Below are positions 43,085 through 53,602 of a stretch of DNA of 64,000 nt, in pieces. The position numbers and the translations under genes are program-made. The stretch is from Candidatus Oxydemutator sp. Lineage in GTDB: Bacteria > Pseudomonadota > Gammaproteobacteria > Poriferisulfidales > Oxydemutatoraceae. The stretch lies in contig OZ241883.1 in assembly GCA_965203445.1 (NCBI GenBank), positions 1,312,001 to 1,376,000 of the forward strand. Direction: 5' to 3'. The stretch's first letter is position 1. Every line of letters begins with the position of its first letter. The notes beneath the pieces are model-generated. The model worked only from the letters and a program-made list of their open reading frames with translations. It did not search any database and was not told the DNA's origin.

Positions 43085-44455
43085 ATGGCAATATTTTCGC
43101 GCTCCGTCCTGACGGTAGCCTTGTCCATGGTAGTGGGTATGGCGTCCACGGCGCACGCCGATGAGACCTGTATGTCTCCCTACATGGCCAAGATTGTCGG
43201 TCAGGAGGATTACGTCTATGTTTGGACGCTCGGCATGGAAGGGCTGGGCGACGAGCAGGACAAACTGGTGACGATAGACGTCAAACCTGGTTCCGGCACC
43301 TACGGCAAAATAGTTCATACACTGTCGGTCGGCGGGCGCAACGAAGCGCACCACTCGGGCTTGACCGACGACCGCCGTTATTTGTGGGCCGGTGGCCTCG
43401 ACACCAACAAAATCTTTATCTTCGACGTTCACAGCACTCCGCGCCAGCCGCGGCTGCACAAGGTCGTCACCGACTTTCCCGCCAAGACCGGCGGCATGAC
43501 CGGCCCGCACACGTTCTACGCGCTGCCCGGCCGTATCATGATCTCGGCCTTGTCGAACAACAAGGACAACGGTGGTCGCACGGGTCTGGCCGAATACACC
43601 AATGAGGGCGAGTTCGTCGCGGCGCACTGGATGCCGACCGACGACAACCTGCGTGGCGCCGTCAAGAGCGGCAAGCTGGCCGACGGTTACGGCTACGACG
43701 TGCGCGTGCTGCCGCGCCGCAACGTCATGCTGACGTCGTCGTTCACCGGCTGGTCGAATTACATGATGCCGCTGGGGCAGATGATGCAGGACGCCGAGGC
43801 GATGAAGCGTTTCGGCAACACCATGGTGCTGTGGGATCTGCACACGCGCAAGCCGAAGAAAGTGTTTGACGTGCCGGGCGCGCCGCTCGAGATTCGTTGC
43901 GCGTGGGGCTCGCAGCACGACTACTGCTTCACGACCACGGCGCTGACTTCCGAGTTGTGGGTCATCTACGAGGATGAGCACGGTGAGTGGCACGCCAAGA
44001 AGAGCGCCGACATCGCCAGAGGCGAGGGCGAGCCGGACATCCCGTTGCCGGTGGACATCTCGATCACCGCCGACGACAAGGGCATGTGGATACAGACGTG
44101 GTTCGACGGCAAATCCCGCTACTTCGACATCAGCGACCCGTTCAACGCCAAGCAGGTGTACGAGCACAAAATTGGCGAGCAGGTCAACATGATCTCGCAG
44201 AGCTGGGACGGTAAGCGTTTGTATTACTCGTCGTCGTTGCTGGCGAATTGGGACCGCCAGGAAGGCCAGCATGACCTTCAGTACGTGAAGCTCTATCACT
44301 GGGACGGCAAGCAGGCCTCGCTTCAGTTCGAGATTGACTTTCTTGAAGAGAAGCTCGGGCTTCCGCACCAGATGCGTTTTGGCGCCTACTCGCTGTACAG
44401 CGGTATCGCCGACGACGCGGAGACCAAACTGACCGAAGCTGAAGTCATTCAGTAA
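43085..44455 (+). CDS. mtoX: Methanethiol oxidase (SBP56/SELENBP1 family), periplasmic
   Basis: Signal peptide AHA-DETC; VWTLG..G.GDE.DKLVT, SVGGRNEAHH, TDDRRYLWAG, GPHTFYALPGR, SSFTGW and ANWD (candidate TTQ Trp pair), HQMRFG; RBS GAGGAGG. Confidence 0.88.
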   Translation: MAIFSRSVLTVALSMVVGMASTAHADETCMSPYMAKIVGQEDYVYVWTLGMEGLGDEQDKLVTIDVKPGSGTYGKIVHTLSVGGRNEAHHSGLTDDRRYLWAGGLDTNKIFIFDVHSTPRQPRLHKVVTDFPAKTGGMTGPHTFYALPGRIMISALSNNKDNGGRTGLAEYTNEGEFVAAHWMPTDDNLRGAVKSGKLADGYGYDVRVLPRRNVMLTSSFTGWSNYMMPLGQMMQDAEAMKRFGNTMVLWDLHTRKPKKVFDVPGAPLEIRCAWGSQHDYCFTTTALTSELWVIYEDEHGEWHAKKSADIARGEGEPDIPLPVDISITADDKGMWIQTWFDGKSRYFDISDPFNAKQVYEHKIGEQVNMISQSWDGKRLYYSSSLLANWDRQEGQHDLQYVKLYHWDGKQASLQFEIDFLEEKLGLPHQMRFGAYSLYSGIADDAETKLTEAEVIQ

Positions 44456-44510
44456 ATCCTCAGTCCGTTCCGGGGCAAGGCGGGGGCGCGTCGCGCTCCC
44501 GCCGCCCCTA

Positions 44511-44897
44511 TTGTGGGAGGCTTACCGAAGGGTAGTTTTCCGCTTGCAGGAGCCGCTCGACCCGGGTGGCACTTTCTCCATTCTGACCGCCGACAACCCG
44601 CGTGGCGAAATCAGCGACGCGCTTGTCAACCGTCGCGCCGAACGCGCGCTTTTTCGAGAACTTCTTCTTTGGTGCAAGCCGTCGCGCCTGCAAGGATGCG
44701 CGCCCGACGGCGGCCATTGCGAGAACAGTTTCGCGGCTTCCATCACGCGGCGCCTGGCGCAGACGCTCGCCGGGCGCTACCGCCAGAACGCGCTGTACTG
44801 CGTTGAAAAAGGCGTGCTCTATCTGGTGCCGTGCCGGATGGACGGCCGCCGCCGGGAGCGCCTCGGTTTGTTTGCCGAGCGCGTCTTCCGCTGGTGA
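44511..44897 (+). CDS. DUF3293 family protein
   Basis: LWEAY, ILTADNP.G, N..A...L, E.SFA, YRQNA. Confidence 0.75.
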   Translation: MWEAYRRVVFRLQEPLDPGGTFSILTADNPRGEISDALVNRRAERALFRELLLWCKPSRLQGCAPDGGHCENSFAASITRRLAQTLAGRYRQNALYCVEKGVLYLVPCRMDGRRRERLGLFAERVFRW

Positions 44898-44901
44898 TGC
44901 G

Positions 44902-45114
44902 ATGTACGTCTGCGTTTGCAACGCCATTACCGAGGAGCAGGTTCGCCGCGCCATCGCCGCCGGCGCGAACAGCCCCGACGACCTGTGCGCGGTGCTCGGC
45001 CTCGGCGATCAGTGCGGAAAGTGTCTTGAATACGCGCGCCGCTACTTTTGTGGGGAGACGTCGGATGCGCCGCCATACGAGTCCCGCCACGCGAGTCCGA
45101 ACGGCGGGTTATGA
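44902..45114 (+). CDS. bfd: Bacterioferritin-associated ferredoxin
   Basis: MYVCVCNAITE...CGKC; upstream of bfr. Confidence 0.93.
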   Translation: MYVCVCNAITEEQVRRAIAAGANSPDDLCAVLGLGDQCGKCLEYARRYFCGETSDAPPYESRHASPNGGL

Positions 45115-45234
45115 GCAAATTACGAATAACTATCAGCGTGCGATTTATTCGCGTTTGCAGGCGGCGTTCGGCGACGTTTTCCCGGTTATACTCGACCGGA
45201 CAAACCGGGCTACGACCCACGGAGGTGACGTTCG

Positions 45235-45699
45235 ATGAAAGGTGACGGCAAGGTGATAGAGCACTTGAACAAGGTGCTGCGCAACGAGTTGACCGCGATC
45301 AACCAGTACTTTCTGCACGCGCGGATGTACAAAAACTGGGGATTGCACAAACTGAACGAACACGAGTACAACGAATCCGTTGACGAGATGAAGCACGCCG
45401 ACGCGCTGATCGAGCGCATCCTGTTTCTGGAGGGCCTACCCAACATGCAGGACATCGGCAAACTGCTGATCGGTCAGCAGCCGCGCGAGATGCTCCAGTG
45501 CGACCTCGATCTGGAGCGCGCGGCGGTGCCCGACTTGAAGGCCGCGATAGCGCACTGCGAGCAATGCGGCGACTACGTCTCGCGCGAGCTGTTCGAGAGC
45601 ATTCTCGACGGCGAAGAGGAGCACATAGACTGGCTGGAGACGCAGTTCGACCGCATCTCACGGGTCGGCATAGAAAACTATCTCCAGTCCATGATGTGA
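45235..45699 (+). CDS. bfr: Bacterioferritin
   Basis: [36 protein letters not shown]. Confidence 0.98.
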   Translation: MKGDGKVIEHLNKVLRNELTAINQYFLHARMYKNWGLHKLNEHEYNESVDEMKHADALIERILFLEGLPNMQDIGKLLIGQQPREMLQCDLDLERAAVPDLKAAIAHCEQCGDYVSRELFESILDGEEEHIDWLETQFDRISRVGIENYLQSMM

Positions 45700-45908
45700 G
45701 GAGCGGGCCGACGGGCAACGCGCCGAGCGCCCAGAGGTCGCGCTTCCCGGCTGTGATTTCATCATGGCGAGCGATGGACGCATAGCTTCGGTGAAGGGGT
45801 TTTTCGACCCCGCCGGGCCGATGGCCCGACCGAACTTCGCAACGCCGTAGATCGCGGCGCCGGATGGCGCCCCTCTCCGTCGAGAGAGGGGCAAAGACGA
45901 GGGAAATC

Positions 45909-46262
45909 TGGTGGAGGCGGCGGGAATCGAACCCGCGTCCGCCTATTCTCCGCCTTCGGCACTACATGCTTAGTTCGTCTCTATACCGCGGTCGTTTTTG
46001 ACGAACAAAAAACCCGACCGGGTTGTTCGCGTTGAAGTTTTAACCAGGCGGCCGCGAACGAGTCTCCTGGCGAGCTTGTGATTCGTCTCCCGCTCCGGCG
46101 CCACAAGCACCGCCGGGCGGAAGGCATAGCCGGTTGTTTAGGCCGCTAGTGCGTAGTTGTCTTCGTTGGCAACTATTGTTTTGCAGCAAGTTTAACGAGT
46201 TTCGCTGCACGCTCGGCATGCGCCTCTGGTTTCGCAATACGCGTCGAAGCCAAGTCGCCCCC
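45909..46262 (-). ncRNA. ssrA: tmRNA
   Basis: 5' GGGGGCGACTTGGCTTCGAC, 3' GGTTCGATTCCCGCCGCCTCCACCA; tag ANEDNYALAA* at 46170-46138; extended -10 TGCTATACT at 46281-46273. Confidence 0.97.
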
Positions 46263-46385
46263 AGAGGATGGAAGTATAGCACGCCGGCGCAACCTCCGGC
46301 GCGGGCGCACCGGGCGTCCATGGGTGTCTATGGGTGTCTATAATGGGGGGGCGGCGGCCTTGCCGACGGCCCCGCCCGCGCCCCG

Positions 46386-49300
46386 ATGGACGACATGCAG
46401 ACCCTTTACGGCCCCGCGCCTTTGTCCGATTTCCGGCGCCGGCAGTTGCGCGAGCGCCTGCACGCCGTCTGTCCCTCGTTGTGCGACTTGCAGATCGCCG
46501 CGGTCTATTTTGTCGACGTGCGCGGTGCTCTCGGCGATGACGAGCGCGCACGCTTGTCGTCGCTGCTCGGGCCTGCCGCCGGTGGCGACGCTCCCGTTGA
46601 TGCGCCCGCGCCGGGCGCCTTGGTCTACGTGATTCCGAGAACCGGCACGGTGTCGCCGTGGTCGAGCAAAGCCACCGATATATTCCACGTGTGCGGCCTT
46701 AAGCGCGTGCGCCGCGTCGAGCGCGGCTTTTGCTACCGGATCGGGACGCGCCGCGAACCGTCCGCGGCCGAGCGCACCGCGTGCGCGCGCCTGCTGCACG
46801 ACCGCATGACCGAGCAGACGTGCTGCTCGCCGCCGCCCGCGCACCGGTTGTTTGTCGCCGGCGACGCAAGACCGTTGCGCGAGATCGAACTGGATGGCGA
46901 CGCGCGCGCCAAACTGCAAGCGGTCAACCGCGACTGGGGACTCGCGTTGTCGGACGACGAGATCGAATACCTGCTCGGGCATTACGCGCAGCAGCGGCGC
47001 GCGCCGACCGACGCCGAACTGATGACGTTTGCGCAGGCCAATTCCGAGCACTGCCGCCACAAGCTGTTCAACGCCGAGTGGACGCTCGACGGGCGCCGCT
47101 GCCCGCGCACGCCGTTCGAGATGATCCGGCACACGCACGCCTGCTCGCCGCGCGGCGTGCTGTCGGCGTACGCGGACAACGCCGCGGTCGTCGCCGGCGC
47201 GCGCGCGCGGCGCCTGATCGTGGACGCGGACACGCGAAGTTACCGTTGCTCGGAAGAGCGGCAGCCTTTCCTGATCAAGGTCGAGACGCACAACCATCCG
47301 ACCGCGATCTCGCCGTCTGCCGGGGCCGCGACCGGCGCCGGCGGCGAGATCCGCGACGAGGCCGCGACCGGCCGCGGCGGGCGTCCCGCGGCCGGGCTTA
47401 GCGGTTTCAGCACGTCGAATCTACGCATCCCCGGTTTCACGCAGCCGTGGGAGGGCGCCGAAAGACGTCCGTCGCGGATCGCCTCGCCTTTGCAAATCAT
47501 GATCGAGGGGCCGGTCGGCGGCGCGCGTTTCAACAACGAGTTTGGGCGCCCGAACCTGTGCGGTTATTTCAGGACTTTCGAACGCGAGGAACGCGGGCGG
47601 TCGTGGGGGTACCACAAACCGATCATGGTCGCGGGCGGTCTCGGCAGCCTGCGCGGGAGCCACGTCGCCAAGCGGGTGTTTGCCGACGGCACGCCGTTGG
47701 TCACGTTCGGCGGACCGGCGATGTTGATCGGCCTGGGCGGCGGTTCGGCCTCGTCGGTCGGCGGCGGCGCGCGCGCCGAGGAACTCGACTTCGCGTCGGT
47801 GCAGCGCGACAACGCCGAGATACAGCGGCGCTGCCAGGAGGTCATCGAGCGGTGTGCGGCGCTTGGCGACGACAATCCGATTCTGGCAATCCACGACGTC
47901 GGCGCTGGCGGTCTTGCCAACGCGCTGCCGGAGTTGGTTCACGGCGCCGGCCTGGGCGGGTGCTTCGAGTTGCGCGAAGTGCCGTGCGCCGACGCCGGCC
48001 TGTCGCCGATGGAGATCTGGTGCAACGAGGCGCAGGAACGCTACGTCGCCGCGGTCGCCGCCGACAAGCTCGACGAGTTCATCGGGTTTTGTCGGCGCGA
48101 GCGCTGCCCGGTCGCGCTCCTCGGGCGCGCCACCGCGGCGCGTCGGCTCGTCGTTACGGATCGCCTGCTCGGGCGCGACGCGGTGTGCATGCCGATGTCG
48201 GTGTTGTTCGGCGATGCGCCGCGTTCGTCGCGCTCGGTGGCGACGCCGTCCGTCGTCGCGACGGACGCGCGCGCCGCGACGACGGATGACGTTCGATTGG
48301 ACGACGCCGTCGAGCGCGTGTTGAAGATGCCGGCGGTCGCGTCCAAGTCGTTTTTGATAACGATAGGCGACCGCAGCGTCACCGGCCTGGTCGCGCGCGA
48401 CCAGATGGTCGGCCCGTGGCAGGTGCCGGTCGCCGACGCCGCGGTCACGCTGGCGGATTATTCGGGCTACGCCGGCTACGCCATGGCGCTCGGCGAACGC
48501 GCGCCGGTCGCGCTCGCCGACGCGCCCGCGTCGGGGCGTCTCGCCGTGACCGAGGCGCTGCTGAACGTCCTGTCCGCCGGCGTGGGTGCGCCGGGCGACG
48601 TCCGGCTGTCGGCCAACTGGATGGCCGCCGCCGGCGATGACGCGCAGGCGACGGCGTTGTTCGAGACCGTGCGCGCGGTGGCCGAGGAATTGTGCCCGGC
48701 GTTGGGCATTGCGATACCGGTCGGCAAGGACTCGCTGTCCATGCAGATGGCGTGGCGCGACGATGGCCGCGAGGAGCGCGTCGTCTCGCCGTTGTCCCTG
48801 GTGGTCTCGGCTTTCGCCGCGGTCGCCGACGTGCGCAACGCGCTGACGCCGCAACCCGACGCGCAAACGCCCGGCGCAAGGCTGTGGCTGCTCGATTTGT
48901 CCGGCGGCAAGAATCGCCTCGGCGGGTCGTGTCTGATGCAGGCGTACGGGCGCGCCGGAGGCGCGCCTCCGGATCTCGACGACCCTCAAAAAATCATCGG
49001 CCTGTTCGGTTTGTTGCGCGAGTTGCGCGCGCGCGGGTGGTTGCTAGCGTACCACGACCGCAGCGACGGCGGCCTGTTCGCGTGCCTGGCCGAGATGGCC
49101 TTCGCCGGACGTTGCGGCGTGCGTTGCGCATACGAAGGCGCGCATGAGGAACTGCCGGCGTTTTTGTTCTCGGAAGAGCCGGGGGTCGTTGTTCAGACGC
49201 CGCCTGCGGCGACGCCGGCGCTGCCTGCGCTCGCGCGCCGCCATGGGTTGGACGGCGGCTGCCGCGACCTCGGCTGCTGCACGCTCGAGCAACAGTTTGT

Positions 49301-50291
49301 CATTGACGGGCGCGGGTGGTCTCAGTCGTGGCCGGTGATGCGCCTCAAGCGGTGGTGGTGGGAGACCAGTTATCGCATCCAGGCGTTGCGCGACCATCCC
49401 CTGTGCGCGGCCCAGGAGCGCGACAAGGTCTGCGATCAGAACGATCCCGGGCTGGGCGCGTCGCTGACCTTCGACCTCGCCGGCGCCACCGCACCGCCGG
49501 CGCACGCGCATGCCGGCAAGCCGCCGAAAGTGGCGATTCTGCGTGAACAGGGCGTCAACGGCCACGTCGAGATGGCGGCGGCTTTCCTGCGCGCCGGCTT
49601 CGACGCCTGCGACGTGCACATGAGCGACCTGATCGAGGGGCGCGAGGATTTGCGAACCTTCCACGGGCTTGCCGCCGCCGGCGGTTTTTCGTACGGCGAC
49701 GTATTGGGCGCCGGCGCCGGTTGGGCGCAGTCCATCCTGCTGCATCGGCGCGTGCGCGACGTGTTCGCCGCCTTTCTCGCGCGCGAGAACACGTTCACGC
49801 TGGGTGTGTGCAACGGTTGCCAGACGTTGTCGCGCATAGCCGGGATGATTCCGGGGGCCGCGCATTGGCCGCGCTTCGAGGGCAACGCTTCCGAACAATT
49901 CGAGGCGCGCCTGGTCATGGTGCGGGTGCTGCCGTCGGCTTCGATCCTGCTGGACGGCATGGAAGGTTCGGTATTGCCGGTCGTCGTCGCGCACGGCGAG
50001 GGGCGCGCCGCGTTTGCAGGCGAGGACGCACTGCAACGGGCCAAACCGTACGCCTGCCTGCAATACGTGGACGGCGACGGTCGCGCCACCGAACGCTATC
50101 CGGAAAATCCGAACGCGAGCAGCCACGGCTATACCGGCTTTTGCAGCGAAGACGGTCGCGTCACAATCATGATGCCTCATCCCGAACGGGTGTTTCTTAG
50201 CCGCCAGCATTCCTGGCATCCGCCCGAGTGGGGCGAGGCCGGCCCGTGGTCGCGGTTGTTCGAGAACGCGCGGCGTTGGCTTGCGACGTAA
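46386..50291 (+). CDS. purL: Phosphoribosylformylglycinamidine synthase (large type)
   Basis: SPWSSKAT, NSEHCRHK, KVETHNHPT, HDVGAGG, glutaminase GVCNGCQ, MMPHPER. Confidence 0.98.
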   Translation: MDDMQTLYGPAPLSDFRRRQLRERLHAVCPSLCDLQIAAVYFVDVRGALGDDERARLSSLLGPAAGGDAPVDAPAPGALVYVIPRTGTVSPWSSKATDIFHVCGLKRVRRVERGFCYRIGTRREPSAAERTACARLLHDRMTEQTCCSPPPAHRLFVAGDARPLREIELDGDARAKLQAVNRDWGLALSDDEIEYLLGHYAQQRRAPTDAELMTFAQANSEHCRHKLFNAEWTLDGRRCPRTPFEMIRHTHACSPRGVLSAYADNAAVVAGARARRLIVDADTRSYRCSEERQPFLIKVETHNHPTAISPSAGAATGAGGEIRDEAATGRGGRPAAGLSGFSTSNLRIPGFTQPWEGAERRPSRIASPLQIMIEGPVGGARFNNEFGRPNLCGYFRTFEREERGRSWGYHKPIMVAGGLGSLRGSHVAKRVFADGTPLVTFGGPAMLIGLGGGSASSVGGGARAEELDFASVQRDNAEIQRRCQEVIERCAALGDDNPILAIHDVGAGGLANALPELVHGAGLGGCFELREVPCADAGLSPMEIWCNEAQERYVAAVAADKLDEFIGFCRRERCPVALLGRATAARRLVVTDRLLGRDAVCMPMSVLFGDAPRSSRSVATPSVVATDARAATTDDVRLDDAVERVLKMPAVASKSFLITIGDRSVTGLVARDQMVGPWQVPVADAAVTLADYSGYAGYAMALGERAPVALADAPASGRLAVTEALLNVLSAGVGAPGDVRLSANWMAAAGDDAQATALFETVRAVAEELCPALGIAIPVGKDSLSMQMAWRDDGREERVVSPLSLVVSAFAAVADVRNALTPQPDAQTPGARLWLLDLSGGKNRLGGSCLMQAYGRAGGAPPDLDDPQKIIGLFGLLRELRARGWLLAYHDRSDGGLFACLAEMAFAGRCGVRCAYEGAHEELPAFLFSEEPGVVVQTPPAATPALPALARRHGLDGGCRDLGCCTLEQQFVIDGRGWSQSWPVMRLKRWWWETSYRIQALRDHPLCAAQERDKVCDQNDPGLGASLTFDLAGATAPPAHAHAGKPPKVAILREQGVNGHVEMAAAFLRAGFDACDVHMSDLIEGREDLRTFHGLAAAGGFSYGDVLGAGAGWAQSILLHRRVRDVFAAFLARENTFTLGVCNGCQTLSRIAGMIPGAAHWPRFEGNASEQFEARLVMVRVLPSASILLDGMEGSVLPVVVAHGEGRAAFAGEDALQRAKPYACLQYVDGDGRATERYPENPNASSHGYTGFCSEDGRVTIMMPHPERVFLSRQHSWHPPEWGEAGPWSRLFENARRWLAT

Positions 50292-50312
50292 CGATAAACC
50301 CCCCCTATTGTG

Positions 50313-50448
50313 CTCCCTCTCCCTCTGGGAGAAGTTGTCCGCAGGCCCATAATGTAACCCTCTCCTCCTAGGAGAGGGTGGGCGGCTTCCATGAGGGCCG
50401 TTCCGCCCTTGTACACCAGTAAGGGAACGCCCCCACGGCGTTCCCGAC
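50313..50448. repeat. Composite REP-like palindromic element (copy 2)
   Basis: CTCCCTCTCCCTCTGGGAGA; ACCCTCTCCT-CCT-AGGAGAGGGT; 57-nt block 50392-50448 matching 3699-3755. Confidence 0.85.
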
Positions 50449-50504
50449 TGAGATACTATGTATAATCCTTCGATACAACCTTCGCCATAGCCAGAGGTGG
50501 TCGT

Positions 50505-51449
50505 ATGTTGATACAAATCCGCAACCGTGTGCGGCCGAAGCCGTCGGAAATCACGCCGCACGCGTTGTACCTGAGGCGCCGCGAGTTCATCAAGGCGGGC
50601 GGCGGCGCGTTGGCGGCCGGGTTGTTGCCGGGGCTGGCCGCGGCGGCCTTGGGGCCCGACTTCGGCGATCTTCCCGACAGCCGCTACAACACCGACGAGA
50701 AGCTCACGTCGTACGAGAACGTTACGACGTACAACAACTTCTACGAGCTTGGCAGCGGCAAGGACGACCCGCACCGAAACGCCGACGCGTTGATCACCGA
50801 GCCGTGGAGCATCCGCGTGTCGGGCGAATGCAACAAGCCCGGCGTCTATTCGGTCGAGGACTTCGTCAAGCCGTATCAGCTCGAGGACAGGATATACCGG
50901 CTGCGCTGCGTCGAGGCGTGGTCCATGGTGATTCCGTGGGTCGGTTTCGAGGTCGCCCGCGTGTTACAGCGCTGCGAACCGAACTCCGCTGCGAAGTACG
51001 TCGCCTTCACGTCGGTGCTCGATCCCGAGAATCTGCCGGGGCAAGCGCGCCGCGTGCTGGACTGGCCGTACACCGAGGGTTTGCGGCTGGACGAGGCGAT
51101 GAACCCGCTGGCGATTTTTGCGGTCGGCCTCTACGGCAAGGTGCTGCCGAACCAGAACGGCGCGCCGCTGCGCTTGGTCGTGCCGTGGAAGTACGGCTTC
51201 AAGAGCATCAAGTCCATCGTCTCTATCGAGCTGACGCGCACCGAGCCGCCGACGGCGTGGGGACGGTCGGCGCCGCGTGAATACGGCTTTTACTCGAACG
51301 TCAATCCCGGCGTCAGCCACCCGCGCTGGTCGCAGAAGCGCGAACGGCGCATCGGCGAGTTTTTCAAGCGCGATACGCTGATGTTCAACGGCTACGCCGA
51401 CGAGGTCGCCCACCTCTACGCGGGCATGGATTTGAAAAAATACTATTGA
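50505..51449 (+). CDS. msrP: Protein-methionine-sulfoxide reductase catalytic subunit
   Basis: SEITP, Tat motif [39 protein letters not shown]. Confidence 0.97.
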   Translation: MLIQIRNRVRPKPSEITPHALYLRRREFIKAGGGALAAGLLPGLAAAALGPDFGDLPDSRYNTDEKLTSYENVTTYNNFYELGSGKDDPHRNADALITEPWSIRVSGECNKPGVYSVEDFVKPYQLEDRIYRLRCVEAWSMVIPWVGFEVARVLQRCEPNSAAKYVAFTSVLDPENLPGQARRVLDWPYTEGLRLDEAMNPLAIFAVGLYGKVLPNQNGAPLRLVVPWKYGFKSIKSIVSIELTRTEPPTAWGRSAPREYGFYSNVNPGVSHPRWSQKRERRIGEFFKRDTLMFNGYADEVAHLYAGMDLKKYY

Positions 51450-51450
51450 T

Positions 51451-52095
51451 TTGAGCAAGGCCACGGTTCCCGGCGCGCTGCCCTCGGCGAACGACCGGCG
51501 GGGCGCCCTGACAACGCGGGTTTTCGTTCACGCCGCCTGCCTGACGCCGCTGGCGTGGCTTGCGTGGCAGGGGCTGCACGCCGGCCTCGGCGCCAACCCC
51601 ATCGAGTACATCACGCGCTTCAGCGGCGACTGGACGCTGCGCCTGCTGCTGATCACGCTGTCGTTTCGTCCCGCGGTCCGCCTGCTGCGCGCGCCGCGCC
51701 TGCTGCGCTACCGCCGCGCGGTCGGTCTCTACGTTTTTTTCTACGCGCTGTGTCATTTCACCACCTACGTGTGGTTCGACCAGTTTTTCGATTGGCCGTC
51801 CATCGTCGAGGACGTCGCCAAGCGTCCGTTCATCCTCGCCGGCTTCACCGCGTTCACGTTGCTGATCCCGCTGGCCGCGACCTCGAACGACCGCGCGGTG
51901 CGCTGGTTGCAACACCGCTGGAACGTGCTGCACCGCCTGGTCTACGTGATCGCCGCAGTCGGCCTGTTGCACTACTGGTGGCTGGTGCGCGCCGATTTTC
52001 TGAAGGCCTGGGTCTATCTCGTGATCCTGGCGGCGTTGCTGGGATGGCGGCTTGCGCGGTTCGTCGGAGCGCGCTACTCAGCCATTGCGAAATAA
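51451..52095 (+). CDS. msrQ: MsrPQ heme-binding membrane subunit
   Basis: LGANP, G.W.L, RRAVGL, H, TSN, W..LHRLVY, H. Confidence 0.95.
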   Translation: MSKATVPGALPSANDRRGALTTRVFVHAACLTPLAWLAWQGLHAGLGANPIEYITRFSGDWTLRLLLITLSFRPAVRLLRAPRLLRYRRAVGLYVFFYALCHFTTYVWFDQFFDWPSIVEDVAKRPFILAGFTAFTLLIPLAATSNDRAVRWLQHRWNVLHRLVYVIAAVGLLHYWWLVRADFLKAWVYLVILAALLGWRLARFVGARYSAIAK

Positions 52096-52188
52096 CGGAA
52101 CGTTTGTCCAGGACGTGGTGGCCCCGTACAATGCGTTGACAGCGCCCGGTAACGCGGCTACGATGGGTGCTGGCGTTAGCGCGGGGCA

Positions 52189-52509
52189 ATGTTCGGACTA
52201 TTCAAGAAAAAACCCCAGGACTTCAAGGCGACCGTCGCCAACACTGGCGAGACCTTCGACGTTACTGGCGGCATCAACCTGTTGCAGGCGGCGCTGAACG
52301 CCGGCCTCAAGTGGCCGCACGACTGTCGCGTCGGCAGCTGCGGCAGCTGCCGCTGCCTGCTGAAGGAGGGCAAGGTCAAGCCTTTGAACGACTTTTCCTA
52401 CGTGCTCGACAAGGAGATGCTCGATCGTGGCATGATTCTGGCCTGCCAGGCGCGGTTGCAGAGCGACGTGACCGTCGAGGTGGACTTCGAGCAGGGCGCG
52501 CTGCGCTGA
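52189..52509 (+). CDS. Plant-type [2Fe-2S] ferredoxin
   Basis: CRVGSCGSC...LACQ. Confidence 0.9.
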   Translation: MFGLFKKKPQDFKATVANTGETFDVTGGINLLQAALNAGLKWPHDCRVGSCGSCRCLLKEGKVKPLNDFSYVLDKEMLDRGMILACQARLQSDVTVEVDFEQGALR

Positions 52510-52573
52510 CGCTGCTGCTCTCCTGATTGGCGCCGCGCGTCTTTTGCGCGAGTAGCCCGCTCCATCAAACCAA

Positions 52574-53602
52574 TTGATCGCGGCCCCTCGCCACAAGCGT
52601 GTTTTCCTTCTGTGCCTCGGCCTGCTGCTGCCGGTCGTCGCATTGGCGGTGCTGCGCGTCGGCACCGTGTCCCTTGGCTGGGATGAGTTCTTCGCGGCGC
52701 TGACCGCGGGCGACGCCGCTTCGCCGCACCGTATCATCCTGCTCGAAATCCGGCTGCCGCGCGTGGTGTCGGCGATGATCATCGGCGCGTCGCTGGCGCT
52801 TGCCGGCGCGGTCATGCAGGGGCTTTTCAGAAACCCGCTGGCGGATCCGGCGTTGCTGGGTATCTCGGCGGGCGGCGCGTTGGCGTCGGCGCTGGCGATT
52901 TTGTTCGGCTGGACCTCGCTGCTGCATCCGTCGCTGCGGTCTTTCGCGCTGCCGCTGGCGGCTTTCGGCGGCGGTCTGCTCGCGGTCTTCGTTATTTACC
53001 GCATGGCGTGCAGGCCGGCGTTGATCGACACGTCGGTGCTGCTGCTCGCCGGTATCGCGATCAACGCGCTCGCCGCCGCCGGCATCGGTTTTCTGACGGT
53101 GGTCGCAAGTGACGCCGAGTTGCGCGGCTTTTTGTTCTGGATGCTCGGCAGTTTCAGCGGCATGACCTGGGGACACGCGCTGCCGACGGCGGTGCTCGTG
53201 CTGCCGTCGCTGGCCGCGTTGCTGGCTCTGTCGCGCGCGCTCAATGCGTTCGCGCTGAGCGACGACGATGCCGGCTATCTCGGGTTTCACGTGCGGCGCG
53301 TCAAGCAGGGCAGTATCGTCTGCGTCGCTCTGTGCGTCAGCGCGTCGGTGTCCGTGGCCGGTATCATCGGCTTCGTCGGACTGCTGGCGCCGCATCTGCT
53401 GCGCCTGGTCATCGGCCCTGATCATCGTTATCTGCTGCCCGGTTCGGCGTTGGCCGGCGCGCTGCTGCTGGCGGCCGCCGACACCGTCGCGCGTTCCGCG
53501 TTCCAGCCGGTCGAGTTGCCGATCGGCGTACTGACCGCGGCCTTGGGGATACCTTTCTTCGCGTTGTTGATCATAGGCAATCGCCACCGGAGTCTGCGGT
53601 GA
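52574..53602 (+). CDS. FecCD/HmuU-family iron-complex ABC permease
   Basis: IRLPR, QGLFRNPLADP, FWMLGS, GIIGFVGL.APH, ELPIG. Confidence 0.93.
   Translation: MIAAPRHKRVFLLCLGLLLPVVALAVLRVGTVSLGWDEFFAALTAGDAASPHRIILLEIRLPRVVSAMIIGASLALAGAVMQGLFRNPLADPALLGISAGGALASALAILFGWTSLLHPSLRSFALPLAAFGGGLLAVFVIYRMACRPALIDTSVLLLAGIAINALAAAGIGFLTVVASDAELRGFLFWMLGSFSGMTWGHALPTAVLVLPSLAALLALSRALNAFALSDDDAGYLGFHVRRVKQGSIVCVALCVSASVSVAGIIGFVGLLAPHLLRLVIGPDHRYLLPGSALAGALLLAAADTVARSAFQPVELPIGVLTAALGIPFFALLIIGNRHRSLR

Noticed and set aside
45700-45909. Integrative element at the tmRNA 3' end
   Set aside because: No integrase and no duplicated ssrA 3' end seen in the window; only a terminator-like hairpin (CCCCTCTC..GAGAGGGG).
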